Below are positions 19,419 through 30,659 of a stretch of 64,000 nucleotides of DNA, one piece after another. The notes under the pieces were generated by a model. The model saw nothing but the letters and a program-made list of their open reading frames with translations, searched no databases and was not told the DNA's origin. Within the stretch, counting starts at the first letter, position 1. Each line of letters begins with the position of its first letter. Made by a program: the position numbers and the translations under genes. This stretch comes from Clostridia bacterium (GTDB lineage: Bacteria; Bacillota; Clostridia; Christensenellales; CAG-138): NCBI GenBank assembly GCA_036654235.1, contig JAVVSK010000005.1, positions 31,650 to 95,649 on the forward strand, written 5' to 3'.

Positions 19419-20015
19419 TTATCCGTCTTTTAGAATGCCACCCAAGACGCATGCGTCCAACATTTCCAAAATGCAGATATAAAGCTCTGGCATTGCACGT
19501 TTTACATGTTCTACGCGCTTCAGCACCATATTCTTAGTTACATCGCCCTGTTTCCATGTATAGCCGTCGGTGCTGACATTAAGCAAAAACGGTTCCAATC
19601 TATCTACCGATGCGGCGTACAAAGCGTCCTTAGTTTCAGCTTTGTCAAATTCTTCCCAGAGTGCGCGAATTTCGGAATTTTGATCGTTAGGCAAAATAGA
19701 AAACAGCTTATCGGCAGCCGCACTTTCTCGTTTTCTCTTTGAACGGTTTCCTGCTTTGTCATAACAAAACGTATCTCCCGCATAAACCTCAACGAGATCA
19801 TGTACGAGAAGCATCTTCAAAACATGCGTAATGTCGATAGTCTCAACAGCATATTCCTCAAGCAGCATAGCCATTACGGCTATATGCCACGAATGCTCGG
19901 CATCGTTTTCGCGGTGACTCTTATCAATTACGATATTGCGCCTCAATATATTTTTCATTTTATCAATCTCGATTATAAATTCGAGCTGACGATTTGCACG
20001 TTCTCTATTAAACAT
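19419..20015 (-). CDS. HD-domain phosphohydrolase (YfbR-like 5'-deoxynucleotidase family)
   Basis: ENDAEHSWHIAVMA...LLVHDLVEVYAGD is the HD_3-type metal-binding pattern. Confidence 0.78.
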   Translation of the reverse strand: MFNRERANRQLEFIIEIDKMKNILRRNIVIDKSHRENDAEHSWHIAVMAMLLEEYAVETIDITHVLKMLLVHDLVEVYAGDTFCYDKAGNRSKRKRESAAADKLFSILPNDQNSEIRALWEEFDKAETKDALYAASVDRLEPFLLNVSTDGYTWKQGDVTKNMVLKRVEHVKRAMPELYICILEMLDACVLGGILKDG

Positions 20016-20118
20016 ATTGCCCCCTAAATTTCTATAAAGTTGCCAAAGTCATAAGAATATCACGCTACGATTTTGAAACAGGATTGAGCCGTTTCGGGTT
20101 GAATTTTACCTTTAAGTT

Positions 20119-20156
20119 AAAAAAATGTCGAGATTAAATATCTCGACATTTTTTAT
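20119..20156. terminator. Terminator ending the tRNA/6S RNA operon (symmetric, A-run/T-run on both sides)
   Basis: AAAAAATGTCGAGAT-taaat-ATCTCGACATTTTTT. Confidence 0.7.
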
Positions 20157-20163
20157 TAAACGA

Positions 20164-20237
20164 TGGCTGCGGAACTAAGATTCGAACTTAGACAATACGA
20201 GTCAGAGTCGTAGGTGCTACCATTACACAATTCCGCA
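20164..20237 (-). tRNA. tRNA-Gln (anticodon CUG), CCA encoded
   Basis: Hand-folded cloverleaf. Acceptor UGCGGAA/UUCCGCA (U1:A72, typical of bacterial tRNA-Gln). Anticodon stem UACGA/UCGUA with loop CU-CUG-AC. T-arm CUAAG-UUCGAAU-CUUAG. Ends with discriminator G plus CCA. Confidence 0.9.
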
Positions 20238-20239
20238 AA

Positions 20240-20414
20240 AAAGATCCCGAGATGCCGTTTGCCCCTAAATAACACCCGCCTCTCGGCAGGTGGGTGCGCT
20301 GTGACGGCTGCTGCTTACTTGAGTCTGAGACCAAATGGCTTTCACTCGACCAACCCGCGCTCCCGATGTTACTTTGTGGGTTTATAAAAAGGACATAACG
20401 CACACCACAGGATT
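20240..20414 (-). ncRNA. ssrS: Probable 6S RNA (SsrS)
   Basis: GC-rich 175-nt spacer between the two tRNAs. The 5' end (AAAUCCUGUGGUGUGCGUUAUGUCC) pairs with the 3' end (GGGGCAAACGGCAUCUCGGGAU). Inside is an A/U-rich unpaired 5' bubble strand and a 3'-side hairpin CACCUGCC-GAGA-GGCGGGUG (20273-20292). Several blocks resemble E. coli 6S as I recall it (CGGCAUCUCGG; GCGG(G)UUGGU(C)GAG; ACC(C)ACAA(A)G). Confidence 0.7.
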
Positions 20415-20415
20415 T

Positions 20416-20492
20416 TGGTGGGATTAATTGGAATCGAACCAACGACCTCTACGATGTCAACGTAGCGCTCTAACCAGCTGAGCTATAACCCC
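20416..20492 (-). tRNA. tRNA-Val (anticodon GAC), CCA encoded
   Basis: Hand-folded: GGGGUUA-UA-GCUC-AGCUGGUUA-GAGC-G-CUACG-UUGACAU-CGUAG-AGGUC-GUUGG-UUCGAUU-CCAAU-UAAUCCC-A-CCA. Confidence 0.92.
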
Positions 20493-20516
20493 GTGCAAAA
20501 ATTCCTTACGGATATT

Positions 20517-20544
20517 ATTATACACATGATTTCTGATTTTGCAA
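20517..20544 (-). promoter_or_regulatory. Sigma-A-type promoter for the tRNA-Val/6S/tRNA-Gln operon
   Basis: TTGCAA, 16 nt spacer, TATAAT on the minus strand, about 25 nt upstream of the tRNA-Val 5' end. Confidence 0.5.
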
Positions 20545-20806
20545 GCTTTTTTTCAATAAAAACGCCCGGAATCTATATACAATGAAATTGTCCGGATCTA
20601 TCTTGCCTTTTAAATTGCGCTATTCTATACAATCTATAATATCGCGGCCATTCCATCTCTATGTTTTTACCATTATTCTTGCTTCTTCACTGAACTAATA
20701 GGAAAATTTCATAATCTCAATTTAGAAGCCATTTTTTTGATTTCATTTTAGCAAGATTTTGTGGTATACTTAGAGGAAATCTTTAATTGCGGTTTTGGAG
20801 GAAATA

Positions 20807-22840
20807 GTGGCGGACGAATTCAAACTGATTAGCGAATATTCGCCAACCGGCGATCAACCCAAAGCTATAGAGGGCTTGGTCGATGGGTATCTTAACGGTA
20901 AAAAACGGGAGGTACTTCTCGGAGTAACCGGATCGGGAAAAACTTTTACTATGGCAAATGTCATTCAAAAGCTTCAACGTCCAACTCTCATAATTGCGCA
21001 TAATAAAACTCTCGCGGCTCAGCTATGCTCTGAATTTCGCGAATTTTTCCCCGACTCGGCAGTAGAATATTTTGTATCATACTATGATTATTATCAGCCC
21101 GAAGCTTACATAGCTTCCTCGGACACTTATATAGAAAAAGTATCTTCGATAAACGAGGAAATAGACCGATTGAGGCATAGTGCAACTTGCGCCCTGAACG
21201 AAAGAAAAGACGTAATAATAGTTTCGTCTGTTTCTTGTATATATGCCCTTGGAAATCCTGAAGAATATATCCGAATGAGTATTTCTATTAGAAAAGGTAC
21301 TAAAATAGATCGCGATGTCCTTATGCGCCGCCTAGTTGATATACAGTATCAAAGAAACGATATAGATTTCTCAAGAGGAAATTTTAGGGCACGGGGGGAC
21401 GTTTTAGAAGTGTTTCCGATGAACTTTAAAGAGAAGGCTCTTAGAATAGAATTTTTCGGGGACGAGATAGAGCGAATATCCGAAATTCACCTTGTAACGG
21501 GTAAAACTCTTCTTGAGCTTTCTCACGCAATAATTTTTCCGGCGACGCATTACGCGGTGGCGCATGATAAGCTGACCGAGGTACTTTCCGTTATAGAGAA
21601 GGATTTAAAAATAAGGTTGGACGAACTGACGAGAGCGCATAAGCTTCTCGAAGCACAGCGCCTTGAACAGCGAACGGTTTTCGATATGGAAATGATATCT
21701 GAAATTGGCTATTGTCAGGGAATAGAAAACTACAGTAGATATTTTGATGGGCGAAGCCCGGGGCAGCCTCCTTTTACGCTAATGGACTATTTCCCTAAAA
21801 ACTTCCTATTGATGATAGACGAATCACATGTAACGCTTCCTCAAATTCGCGGTATGTTCAACGGAGATGCAGCTAGAAAGCACGAACTTGTAGAATATGG
21901 GTTTAGGCTTCCCTCCGCATATGATAACCGTCCTTTAAAATTCGATGAATTTGATGCGCGCATTAATAAGCTCTTGTGCGTAAGCGCAACTCCGTCTGAA
22001 TATGAACTTGGACAAGCAGAATGTATAGTAGAACAGATAATAAGACCAACCGGACTTATCGATCCCGAAATAATAGTAAAGCCCGTTATAGGTCAGGTAG
22101 ACGATCTTATGGAAGAAATAAAAAAGACGACAGCAAATGGATTTAGAGTTCTCGTAACAACACTTACGAAGCGCATGGCGGAGGATCTGACCGAATATCT
22201 TGATAGATTTGAATTTCGAGTTCGGTATATGCATTCTGAAATTCAGACGATGGAGCGAACGGAAATACTTCGCGATCTTCGTCTCGGGGAATTTGACGTT
22301 CTTATCGGCATAAACCTTCTAAGGGAGGGACTCGATCTTCCGGAGGTCGGTCTTGTTGCGATTCTCGATGCGGATAAGGAGGGCTTCTTACGATCTTCAA
22401 CCTCGCTCATACAGATTGTTGGGCGCGCTGCAAGAAATGTAAATGGACGCGTTGTTATGTATGCCGATCATATAACGAATTCTATGGATATAGCGATAAA
22501 CGAAACCAACCGCCGCCGTAAAATACAAGCGGAGTACAATAGAGCAAACGATATAACTCCAACTAGTATCCATAAAGAAATTCGAAATGTGCTTGAAATA
22601 AGTAAAAAGAGCAACAATAACTATAACGATACTTCTTCCGCTGAGCGCGCGCAAAGAATAGAAATTTTGCGCGACGAGATGAAAAAAGCAGCTGCCGAGC
22701 TTGAATTTGAAACGGCCGCAAAACTCAGAGACGAACTTTTTGATCTCACCGGTGAAAGAAACGTCGAAAAACAGTATGCCGCGCCTGGAACGGTCGGCAG
22801 TAAAAGGAACGCAAGGGAAAGGACAAGAAAATCGCACTAA
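20807..22840 (+). CDS. uvrB: Excinuclease ABC subunit B
   Basis: [17 protein letters not shown]...[10 protein letters not shown]..., helicase motifs, and a C-terminal UVR domain ([12 protein letters not shown]). GTG 20807 lies 5 nt after GGAGG; the track ORF starts 4 codons earlier at TTG. Confidence 0.95.
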   Translation: MADEFKLISEYSPTGDQPKAIEGLVDGYLNGKKREVLLGVTGSGKTFTMANVIQKLQRPTLIIAHNKTLAAQLCSEFREFFPDSAVEYFVSYYDYYQPEAYIASSDTYIEKVSSINEEIDRLRHSATCALNERKDVIIVSSVSCIYALGNPEEYIRMSISIRKGTKIDRDVLMRRLVDIQYQRNDIDFSRGNFRARGDVLEVFPMNFKEKALRIEFFGDEIERISEIHLVTGKTLLELSHAIIFPATHYAVAHDKLTEVLSVIEKDLKIRLDELTRAHKLLEAQRLEQRTVFDMEMISEIGYCQGIENYSRYFDGRSPGQPPFTLMDYFPKNFLLMIDESHVTLPQIRGMFNGDAARKHELVEYGFRLPSAYDNRPLKFDEFDARINKLLCVSATPSEYELGQAECIVEQIIRPTGLIDPEIIVKPVIGQVDDLMEEIKKTTANGFRVLVTTLTKRMAEDLTEYLDRFEFRVRYMHSEIQTMERTEILRDLRLGEFDVLIGINLLREGLDLPEVGLVAILDADKEGFLRSSTSLIQIVGRAARNVNGRVVMYADHITNSMDIAINETNRRRKIQAEYNRANDITPTSIHKEIRNVLEISKKSNNNYNDTSSAERAQRIEILRDEMKKAAAELEFETAAKLRDELFDLTGERNVEKQYAAPGTVGSKRNARERTRKSH

Positions 22841-22868
22841 CGCGAATCTTTTGATAATTTTATAAAAT

Positions 22869-25700
22869 ATGAAGGAATCACTGATTATAACGGGTGCACG
22901 TGAGCATAATTTAAAAAACGTAAATTTAACCGTGCCGCGTAACGAATTTGTTGTATTTACTGGGCTGTCCGGATCCGGAAAATCATCTTTGGCGTTTGAT
23001 ACTATCTATGCTGAAGGTCAAAGGCGTTATGTTGAGTCGCTCTCGTCTTATGCGCGACAATTTTTAGGTCAGATGGATAAGCCGGATGTCGATAAGATAG
23101 AGGGGCTTTCTCCGGCAATTTCAATAGACCAAAAGAGTACATCTAATAATCCGCGCTCAACAGTAGGAACTGTGACCGAAATCCATGACTATTTGCGCCT
23201 TTTATACGCGCGAATCGGGAAGCCGCATTGTTATAAGTGCGGTCGCCCTATTGAACGTCAGAGTATAGATCAGGTTATGGATAGAGTAAAGGCTCTCGGC
23301 GTTGGAACGCGTATTCAAATAGTTGCTCCTCTAATCCGTGCGAGAAAAGGTGAGCATACCCGCTTGCTTGACGAAATTAGGAAAGATGGCTATGTTCGCG
23401 TTATAATTGACGGTGTTATCTACGATATAGACGATCTTCCGACTCTCGATAAAAAAGTTAAGCATACAATAGATGTTGTCGTCGACCGAATAGTTTTAAA
23501 AGAAAATGCGGATAGTCGACTTAACGACTCTTTAGAGACTGCTTTTTCTTACGGACATGGTTTAGCTAAAGTGATTTTGGCCGACGAAGGTAAAGAACTT
23601 TTGTTTTCTCAAAATTATGCTTGTACCGAATGCGGTATAAGCGTTGAAGAACTTACGCCGCGTATGTTTTCTTTCAACAATCCATATGGTGCCTGCAAAA
23701 CCTGCTCCGGTCTCGGAATACTTTTGACAATAGATCCCGACCTTATTTTAAACGATAAACTATCCCTGAATGAAGGAGCTGTTTCGGCATCAGGCTGGCA
23801 AAGCGGTAAAGAAAATAGCATAGCACACATGTATTTTAAGGCACTCTCTAGCTTTTATGATTTTTCTCTTGATATTCCCGTCTGCAAGCTCGATAAAAGT
23901 ATTCGCGATATGATTTTATATGGTAATAATAATGAGAAGATAACTGTTGAATATACAAAGGACTACGGGAACGGAACTTTTCAAGCCAGCTTTGAGGGAA
24001 TTATCCCTAATATAAAAAGACGACACGAAGAAACGCAGTCGGAAGATATGAAGCGCACATATGAAAGCCTTATGACCGAAACTCCATGTCCCGATTGTCA
24101 CGGGAAACGACTTCGTCCCGAAAGTCTCGCCGTTACCGTAGGTGGCTTATCTATTGCCGATATTTCAGAAATGCCTATTGTCAAGGCGCGTGATTTTTTA
24201 AACACAATTGAACTTACGCCGTCCGAAAAAATAATTGCTTCTCAAATTTTTAAAGAGCTGAATTCAAGATTCGGTTTTTTAATAAATGTAGGTCTTGACT
24301 ATCTTACGCTATCGCGCTCGGCAACGTCGCTCTCCGGCGGCGAAGCTCAGCGAATACGATTGGCTACGCAAATTGGTTCCGGGCTTGTCGGAGTTTTATA
24401 TATTTTGGACGAACCCAGTATTGGACTTCATCAGCGCGACAACTCGCGACTTTTAAAGACACTGAAAAATATGCGCGACCTTGGTAATACCCTAATAGTT
24501 GTCGAACATGACGAGGAAACAATGCGTGAAGCGGACTTTATAGTTGACATGGGTCCGGGCGCGGGAGCACATGGTGGAAATGTTGTCGCAGCGGGGACTT
24601 TAGACGATATAATGGCATGCGATGAATCTATAACCGGTCAGTTTTTGACAGGAAAGCGTAAAATCAATATTCCTCAGATACGGAGAAGCTGCGGCGGACG
24701 TTATTTATCGGTACGCGGCGCGCGAGCTCACAATTTAAAAAACATAGATATTGATATACCTCTTGGCATCTTTACCTGCATAACCGGGGTTTCAGGCTCG
24801 GGAAAGTCAAGTCTGGTAAATGAGATAATAAAAAAAACTTTGCTCCGCGATCTTAACCGCGCAAAAACGCGACCCGGTCAATGTGATAAAATAACGGGGC
24901 TGAATCACCTGGATAAAATCATAGATATTGACCAGAGCCCAATAGGCAGAACACCTAGGAGTAATCCCGCTACATATACAGGTCTTTTTGATATGATACG
25001 CGAGGTTTTCGCGATGACTCCCGATGCTAAGATGCGCGGATATGGAAATGGAAGATTCAGCTTTAACGTAAAGGGTGGGCGCTGCGAAACCTGCCATGGC
25101 GACGGAATACTTAAAATCGAAATGCACTTTTTACCGGATGTCTATGTTCCTTGCGATGTATGTGGGGGAAAACGCTATAATAGGGAAACGCTTGAGGTTC
25201 GTTACAAGGGAAAGAACATAGCGGACGTTCTTAATATGACCGTTGATGAAGCGCTAAAGTTTTTTGCTCCGCTTCCAAAGTTAAAGCGTAAACTTGAAAC
25301 GCTCTATGATGTCGGTCTTTCCTATGTAAAACTCGGTCAACCGTCGACAACTCTCTCTGGAGGCGAAGCGCAAAGAGTAAAACTTGCTACAGAACTTTCT
25401 CGAAAGGATACCGGAAAGACACTCTACGTTCTTGATGAACCAACGACCGGGCTTCATGTTGCTGACGTTGAAAAGCTTCTCTCTATACTTCAAAGACTTT
25501 GTGACGGAGGAAGCTCCGTTCTCGTTATCGAACATAATCTTGATGTTATAAAGACAGCGGATTATATAATAGACCTTGGACCAGAGGGCGGAGACCGAGG
25601 AGGTGAAATAGTAGCTATTGGAACACCCGAGGAAGTCGCATTGTGTGAAAGTAGCTATACCGGGCAATATTTAAAGCGGATATTGTCCGAGAATCTATAA
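22869..25700 (+). CDS. uvrA: Excinuclease ABC subunit A
   Basis: GAREHNLKN...[14 protein letters not shown], two ABC modules (LSGGEAQR x2), and zinc-finger cysteines. Confidence 0.97.
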   Translation: MKESLIITGAREHNLKNVNLTVPRNEFVVFTGLSGSGKSSLAFDTIYAEGQRRYVESLSSYARQFLGQMDKPDVDKIEGLSPAISIDQKSTSNNPRSTVGTVTEIHDYLRLLYARIGKPHCYKCGRPIERQSIDQVMDRVKALGVGTRIQIVAPLIRARKGEHTRLLDEIRKDGYVRVIIDGVIYDIDDLPTLDKKVKHTIDVVVDRIVLKENADSRLNDSLETAFSYGHGLAKVILADEGKELLFSQNYACTECGISVEELTPRMFSFNNPYGACKTCSGLGILLTIDPDLILNDKLSLNEGAVSASGWQSGKENSIAHMYFKALSSFYDFSLDIPVCKLDKSIRDMILYGNNNEKITVEYTKDYGNGTFQASFEGIIPNIKRRHEETQSEDMKRTYESLMTETPCPDCHGKRLRPESLAVTVGGLSIADISEMPIVKARDFLNTIELTPSEKIIASQIFKELNSRFGFLINVGLDYLTLSRSATSLSGGEAQRIRLATQIGSGLVGVLYILDEPSIGLHQRDNSRLLKTLKNMRDLGNTLIVVEHDEETMREADFIVDMGPGAGAHGGNVVAAGTLDDIMACDESITGQFLTGKRKINIPQIRRSCGGRYLSVRGARAHNLKNIDIDIPLGIFTCITGVSGSGKSSLVNEIIKKTLLRDLNRAKTRPGQCDKITGLNHLDKIIDIDQSPIGRTPRSNPATYTGLFDMIREVFAMTPDAKMRGYGNGRFSFNVKGGRCETCHGDGILKIEMHFLPDVYVPCDVCGGKRYNRETLEVRYKGKNIADVLNMTVDEALKFFAPLPKLKRKLETLYDVGLSYVKLGQPSTTLSGGEAQRVKLATELSRKDTGKTLYVLDEPTTGLHVADVEKLLSILQRLCDGGSSVLVIEHNLDVIKTADYIIDLGPEGGDRGGEIVAIGTPEEVALCESSYTGQYLKRILSENL

Positions 25701-25790
25701 TTTTTGGAATCCTCGCTAAATATAACCGAGAGTAATAAGTAAATCGAAATAAAACTGTCGCCCGGCGGCAAATCGCAGGAGGTATATTAA

Positions 25791-26588
25791 ATGGATATGT
25801 CAATGGAAAAGTGGTATGAGGCATCGTCAAAGCGCTTTTCGGTACGCAAATATAAATCGGAGCCGCGCCGCGAGGATATCGAATCATTAAAGGAATTCGC
25901 AAGCGAAATCAGTACCGATTCAGTGCGTATCGAAATTGGCAGCAGCGATAAGGTATTTGCCTCGAGACTATTGGGAAGCGGAAAAATAAAGGGAACGACG
26001 TATTTTGCCGCGTTTATATCCGAAGAAGGAAAAACCATGGAAATCGGGTACATCGGAGAGATATTTATGCTTGAGTGCGTTGCGCGAAACATAGGCACGT
26101 GTTGGCTCGGCGTGTCTTTTAGGATGGGCGCAGCACAAGAGGCGATTGATCTGTCCGATGAGGAAGGAATAGTTTGCATAACTCCTTTAGGTATATCCGA
26201 CGAACCGTTTAAGCTTCGAACACGCCGAACTATGACGGATTTAACGGGGCTTTCCGTTCAGGACTTCGTTAAGCTCCCACGGCATATACAATCCGCCTTT
26301 GAATGCGCAAGGCGCGCACCTTCCGCTATTAACGCTCAGCCTTGGAGTTTTAAATCGGACGGAGATACATTTTCCGTAATCAAAACATCAAACAATTTAG
26401 GCTATGGAGATCTTGACTGCGGAATTGCTATGCTACATGCTGAAATAGGCGCGGCGCATCATTCCGTAGTTGGTGAATGGGATCTTACGGATGAAAAAGA
26501 ATCGGTATTCATTCCTTATACCGATGTAGAATCTGAAAACGAAGTTTCTATTCCTGAGAAAATTGAGAATTTTGAGGATAAAATGTAA
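25791..26588 (+). CDS. Nitroreductase-family protein with acidic C-terminal tail
   Basis: RFSVRKY...ARRAPSAINAQPW... is a nitroreductase-like fold signature. GGAGG lies 8 nt upstream of the ATG. Confidence 0.65.
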   Translation: MDMSMEKWYEASSKRFSVRKYKSEPRREDIESLKEFASEISTDSVRIEIGSSDKVFASRLLGSGKIKGTTYFAAFISEEGKTMEIGYIGEIFMLECVARNIGTCWLGVSFRMGAAQEAIDLSDEEGIVCITPLGISDEPFKLRTRRTMTDLTGLSVQDFVKLPRHIQSAFECARRAPSAINAQPWSFKSDGDTFSVIKTSNNLGYGDLDCGIAMLHAEIGAAHHSVVGEWDLTDEKESVFIPYTDVESENEVSIPEKIENFEDKM

Positions 26589-26669
26589 ATTTGTCGCTAT
26601 CGGCTTGTTTGAAGCCGAGACAGAAGGTATAATCATAATAAAGTTTAAGAAAGGTTAGACGCTAAAATT

Positions 26670-27512
26670 ATGAAGGGGCTTTTTAAAAACAAACCCATAT
26701 TTATAACGATAATTGCATTAGTGCTCTTAGGGGTTATAGCCTTCGTTTCCGCGGGGGATCGCGCTGTTTCCTTCGTTGAAAGCGCTGTTTCAACTATTTT
26801 TAATCCTATACAAACCTTCGCTTCCTCTGCGTCAAACGCTATAGTAAGCTTCTTTCAGAACCTCTTTAATACGACGGATGCAGATAAAGAAAATGAGCAG
26901 CTTAAAATAAAGTTAGCTCAACTTGAAGCGGAACTGAACGATATGGAAGCCACTAAGCAGGAAAATGAACGTCTGCGCGACCTTTTAAACTATCCTGATA
27001 TAAGCAAAACGCCTGATAAAGTTACGGCGCGCGTAATAGGAAAAAGTTCGGGCATATGGTTTTCAACCTTTACGCTGAACGTCGGGCGAAATCAAGGAAT
27101 CTCAGAAAATATGCCTGTACTAAATGGTCTGGGCCTTGTCGGTCGTGTGACCGACGTTAGCGCTACAACCTGTAAGGTCATCTCTATAATTGATACATCG
27201 TCAAATGTAAGCGTACTTGTCGAAAGAACGCGCGAAAACGGATTTGTGCGCGGAGTACTACAAACGGGAGGCGGCGGAAATAAACTTGAACTTTATTATT
27301 TGCATATAAACGCAGACCTTGTTCCCGGCGATAAAATTTTAACGACAGAATACGGTGGAGTATTCCCTAAGGGAATACTTATAGGTACGGTTAAAGAAGT
27401 TATGCGCGTTACAGACGATGCTAATCAGGTAAACGCAATTATAACTCCCTCGGTAGACTTTTTACGTCTTGAGGAGGTAACCATATTGCTTACCGGAGGA
27501 GAAGCAGACTGA
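26670..27512 (+). CDS. mreC: Rod shape-determining protein MreC
   Basis: N-terminal TM, coiled coil (ENEQLKIKLAQLEAELNDME), and C-terminal beta domains (GLVGRVTDV...FPKGILIGTV). Confidence 0.85.
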   Translation: MKGLFKNKPIFITIIALVLLGVIAFVSAGDRAVSFVESAVSTIFNPIQTFASSASNAIVSFFQNLFNTTDADKENEQLKIKLAQLEAELNDMEATKQENERLRDLLNYPDISKTPDKVTARVIGKSSGIWFSTFTLNVGRNQGISENMPVLNGLGLVGRVTDVSATTCKVISIIDTSSNVSVLVERTRENGFVRGVLQTGGGGNKLELYYLHINADLVPGDKILTTEYGGVFPKGILIGTVKEVMRVTDDANQVNAIITPSVDFLRLEEVTILLTGGEAD

Positions 27513-28042
27513 TGCAAAAAGCAAGTGTTTCTGTAGTTATAGCGCTGCTTATTGGAATTTTTTTAGATTCGGTGTTTTTTAACACAGTGAATATCGTCGG
27601 AATACGCCCGGACGCGCTACTCGCTATAATCGTATCTATAGGCTTCATGCTGGGTGGTTGGCGTACTGCCCTAATAGGTTGTATCACCGGACTTACCGTC
27701 GACGTTATGTTTTATAAGATAGTCGGTATAAACGCTGCGCTATATATGCTGTCAGGAATGCTGGCGGGAGTTTTTCATAGAAAATTTTATGCTGATAATA
27801 TAATAGTTCCCGCTATAGTCGCCGCAATTTTATCTTTTTGTAAAGAGACTTTCTATGCCCTTTTTACACTTATTCGCGGAGCCGAATTTTCTCTCCCGCT
27901 TATATTTATCACTTATATATTGCCCTGCGCTGTTTTAACGGGACTTTTTTGTTTACTCGTTCATCTTGCTATGCGCCCACTATTAAAAAAGTACAGTAAA
28001 AAAGTGGCGGAAAGGGATCTTGAAAGGAATCGCTTATTATGA
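27512..28042 (+). CDS. mreD: Rod shape-determining protein MreD
   Basis: Small polytopic membrane protein. Its start overlaps the mreC stop (ATGA), the canonical mreCD arrangement. Confidence 0.7.
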   Translation: MQKASVSVVIALLIGIFLDSVFFNTVNIVGIRPDALLAIIVSIGFMLGGWRTALIGCITGLTVDVMFYKIVGINAALYMLSGMLAGVFHRKFYADNIIVPAIVAAILSFCKETFYALFTLIRGAEFSLPLIFITYILPCAVLTGLFCLLVHLAMRPLLKKYSKKVAERDLERNRLL

Positions 28043-30570
28043 AAACCCTAAAACTTCGTTTTTCAATAATGGCTCTTGTCGCGCTTATTTTAATGGTAGC
28101 TCTCATCTTCCAACTTGGTTCGCTTACCCTTGCTAAAGGCTCTGAGCTTTCGGTTCAGGCTGATGAGCGCATGACGCGAACAACGGTTTTAAAAGGTACC
28201 CGCGGACGCATACTAGATAGAAACGGAGTAGTTCTGGCTTACAGCGAAACCTGCTATAATGTTGAATTTTTGCGCGACGCAAATAAGCGCTCAAATTACG
28301 ACAGTGCCGTTTATACCGAGGCTCTTTTAAGGGCTATAGACATAATTGAAGCCGGAGGCGGAACAATTATAAACACCTCGTATATTCAAATGAATGAAAA
28401 CGACGAGTTGTATTATGAATGGGGAGTTGAAAACGAAGAATCCATATCCTCCCGATATTATAACTTCTGTTCGGCGATGGGTTTTTACGTAACGGAGGAA
28501 ATCTCAAAAGATAGATCAGCGTGGAAAACGCCCGAGAGCGCATATCTTGATATGTGTAAAAGTTGGCTTATCCCCTCTGAACTCCCTTTTGAAAAAGCGG
28601 TAAAGCTTATATCGATAAGACAAGAGGTTAACCTAAACAACTATCGTGCATATCAACCCATAACTATAGCTTATAACGTCAGTATGCAGGTTGTTGCCGA
28701 AATAGAACTGCACTCTGCCGAGCTTCCCGGACTCCAAACGAACGAGAGTACGACGCGCATATATCCCTGTGGCGAAACAGCGGCGCATATCGTCGGCTAT
28801 CTTCAGCGCAATCCAACGCCCGAAATGATTAAAGATAAGGGCTATAGCAATGACGATTATGTTGGTATATCCGGCGTTGAAGCGACTATGGAAGATGTTT
28901 TAACCGGCGCATCTAAAGATCATCATGGGTATCGCGTCATAAAAGTAAATCGAAACGGAAGCGAAATAAACGAAATATCTGTAACTCCGCCGACGGATGG
29001 TGATGACGTTATGCTTACTATAGACGTTCCGCTTCAACGCGTTTCAGATCAGGCTTTAAAGGATATCATAGCCTATATTCATCAAAAGGAAGAAGAAAAA
29101 ATTAATAAAGATGAAAATCACACCTATACATATACCGACTCAGAAGGGAACATTGTAAAAAAGGATATAAAGCTTGCAGAAACAGGAGCAATAGCCGTTG
29201 TAAACGTAAATACGGGCGAGCTTCTCGCTTCCTCTTCCTACCCCTCTTACGATCCAAATTGGTTTATACAGGGGCTTACGGACGATCAATATGAAATGCT
29301 TATGGGGAAAAAAGCCGAAGAAACTACGCCGATGAGAAACAAGGTTGTTTCAGCGCGCCTTGCCTATGGATCTATATTTAAAATGGTAACCGGTTTTGCG
29401 GGTCTTATGGAAAATAAAATTACTCTTGATGAAACAATTAGCGATGAATCACCCTATATACTTTACTATGATAAGGATAACAAACCTATAACGAAGGGCG
29501 CACCGTCATGCTGGGTACCTAATCCGGCCGATCATGCTAATCAGACTATCGTTGATGCTATCAAGAACTCATGTAACTATTATTTTTGCGAGGTTGCCCA
29601 TCGACTCGGTATCGATCTTCTTAACGAATGGGCGGGTAACTTTGGTTTAACCGAAAAAACGAATATAGAAACTACGGGAGAGGCCGTCGGGATTATAGGC
29701 GGTCAGAAAATTTGGTTCGATAATACTCTTCCGCTCGATGAACAAAAGACATCAATGCCCCGCTATATATATAATAATCTTCGTTCTATGCTTGTTCGAT
29801 ATCTAAAATCTTACATGGCGGGAACGAACGTTAACGAAGACTCAAACGAAATTAAAAACTGCGCACTTGAACTTTTAAAACTGCAAGATGGCGATGTTTC
29901 CGGAAAAGGCGCGGATGTCCGTCGAATAATGAATGAATATTTGGCGATTCCCGAAGGAATTATCTCGCGCCAAACATGGGTAAGCGAAATTCTCTCTCAA
30001 CTGGTCGAGCTGCAATGGAAGGAATCTCAGACAATAAGAGCGGGATTCGGGCAAGGTTCATCCCTCGTTACGCCTATCGCTGTTGCTAGATATGTTGCTG
30101 CTCTTGCAAATCGCGGGACAGTATATGATATTCATGTTATAGACAGAATGCTTGATCCGTCCGGAAACATTATAAAAGAGATTACCCCAACCGTTCATAA
30201 GCGTATAGATGCTCCTAAAGAATATTGGGATGCTATTCATGAGGGACTAAAGGCGGTTGTTTCGCCGGAGGACTTTGGTACTGCTGCTAAAGCATTTACT
30301 CCCGGTTGGAAATACATAAGCAATATAAGCGGAAAAACCGGTACCGCACAGATAGGAACGGTTGCTAAAATTGATATACAGAATACATCGTGGTTTGTAA
30401 CGTATACGCCGCGAGAAAATGCGGAAATAGCCGTCGTCGTTTGTATCCCATATGGATTATCGGGAACATCAAGCGCAGGAGCTATAGAGGATATTGTAAC
30501 CTACTATTATTCGAGAAAAGAAGCCTCAGCGCCTGAAAATTTAATAGATATAAATGGTATTGCTCCATAA
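28039..30570 (+). CDS. mrdA: Penicillin-binding protein 2 (class B transpeptidase), long form
   Basis: TM, PBP dimerisation domain, and transpeptidase motifs (GSIFK = SxxK, SCN = SxN, KTGT). Follows mreCD. Confidence 0.85.
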   Translation: MKTLKLRFSIMALVALILMVALIFQLGSLTLAKGSELSVQADERMTRTTVLKGTRGRILDRNGVVLAYSETCYNVEFLRDANKRSNYDSAVYTEALLRAIDIIEAGGGTIINTSYIQMNENDELYYEWGVENEESISSRYYNFCSAMGFYVTEEISKDRSAWKTPESAYLDMCKSWLIPSELPFEKAVKLISIRQEVNLNNYRAYQPITIAYNVSMQVVAEIELHSAELPGLQTNESTTRIYPCGETAAHIVGYLQRNPTPEMIKDKGYSNDDYVGISGVEATMEDVLTGASKDHHGYRVIKVNRNGSEINEISVTPPTDGDDVMLTIDVPLQRVSDQALKDIIAYIHQKEEEKINKDENHTYTYTDSEGNIVKKDIKLAETGAIAVVNVNTGELLASSSYPSYDPNWFIQGLTDDQYEMLMGKKAEETTPMRNKVVSARLAYGSIFKMVTGFAGLMENKITLDETISDESPYILYYDKDNKPITKGAPSCWVPNPADHANQTIVDAIKNSCNYYFCEVAHRLGIDLLNEWAGNFGLTEKTNIETTGEAVGIIGGQKIWFDNTLPLDEQKTSMPRYIYNNLRSMLVRYLKSYMAGTNVNEDSNEIKNCALELLKLQDGDVSGKGADVRRIMNEYLAIPEGIISRQTWVSEILSQLVELQWKESQTIRAGFGQGSSLVTPIAVARYVAALANRGTVYDIHVIDRMLDPSGNIIKEITPTVHKRIDAPKEYWDAIHEGLKAVVSPEDFGTAAKAFTPGWKYISNISGKTGTAQIGTVAKIDIQNTSWFVTYTPRENAEIAVVVCIPYGLSGTSSAGAIEDIVTYYYSRKEASAPENLIDINGIAP

Positions 30571-30659
30571 ATTAATTTTAAAAAAATTAACCCGTCCATT
30601 GGTACGGCGGTTTTTAAGCATTCAAGTATTTAAAATTCAATAACAAAGGCGGTATTTTA

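Noticed and set aside
19238-19537. 99-aa plus-strand ORF in the AT-rich gap.
   Set aside because: It is a low-complexity Leu/Ile/Phe translation of AT-rich DNA, it overlaps the 3' end of the HD hydrolase gene, and it has no RBS.
20240-20414. Considered calling the tRNA spacer a tRNA-Sec (it contains UCUCAGA), a small SRP RNA (it contains AAGCAGCAGCC), or a long-arm tRNA.
   Set aside because: There is no T-loop (GTTCRANYC) and no acceptor/anticodon stem pairing around the UCA. The SRP-like block lacks a foldable GNRA-capped helix 8 with the AGG/AGCA symmetric loop. 6S architecture and sequence blocks fit much better.
20700-20806. Looked for LexA/Cheo boxes (GAAC-N4-GTTC) upstream of uvrB, and also before uvrA and recN.
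   Set aside because: No GAAC...GTTC dyad is present in these upstream regions.
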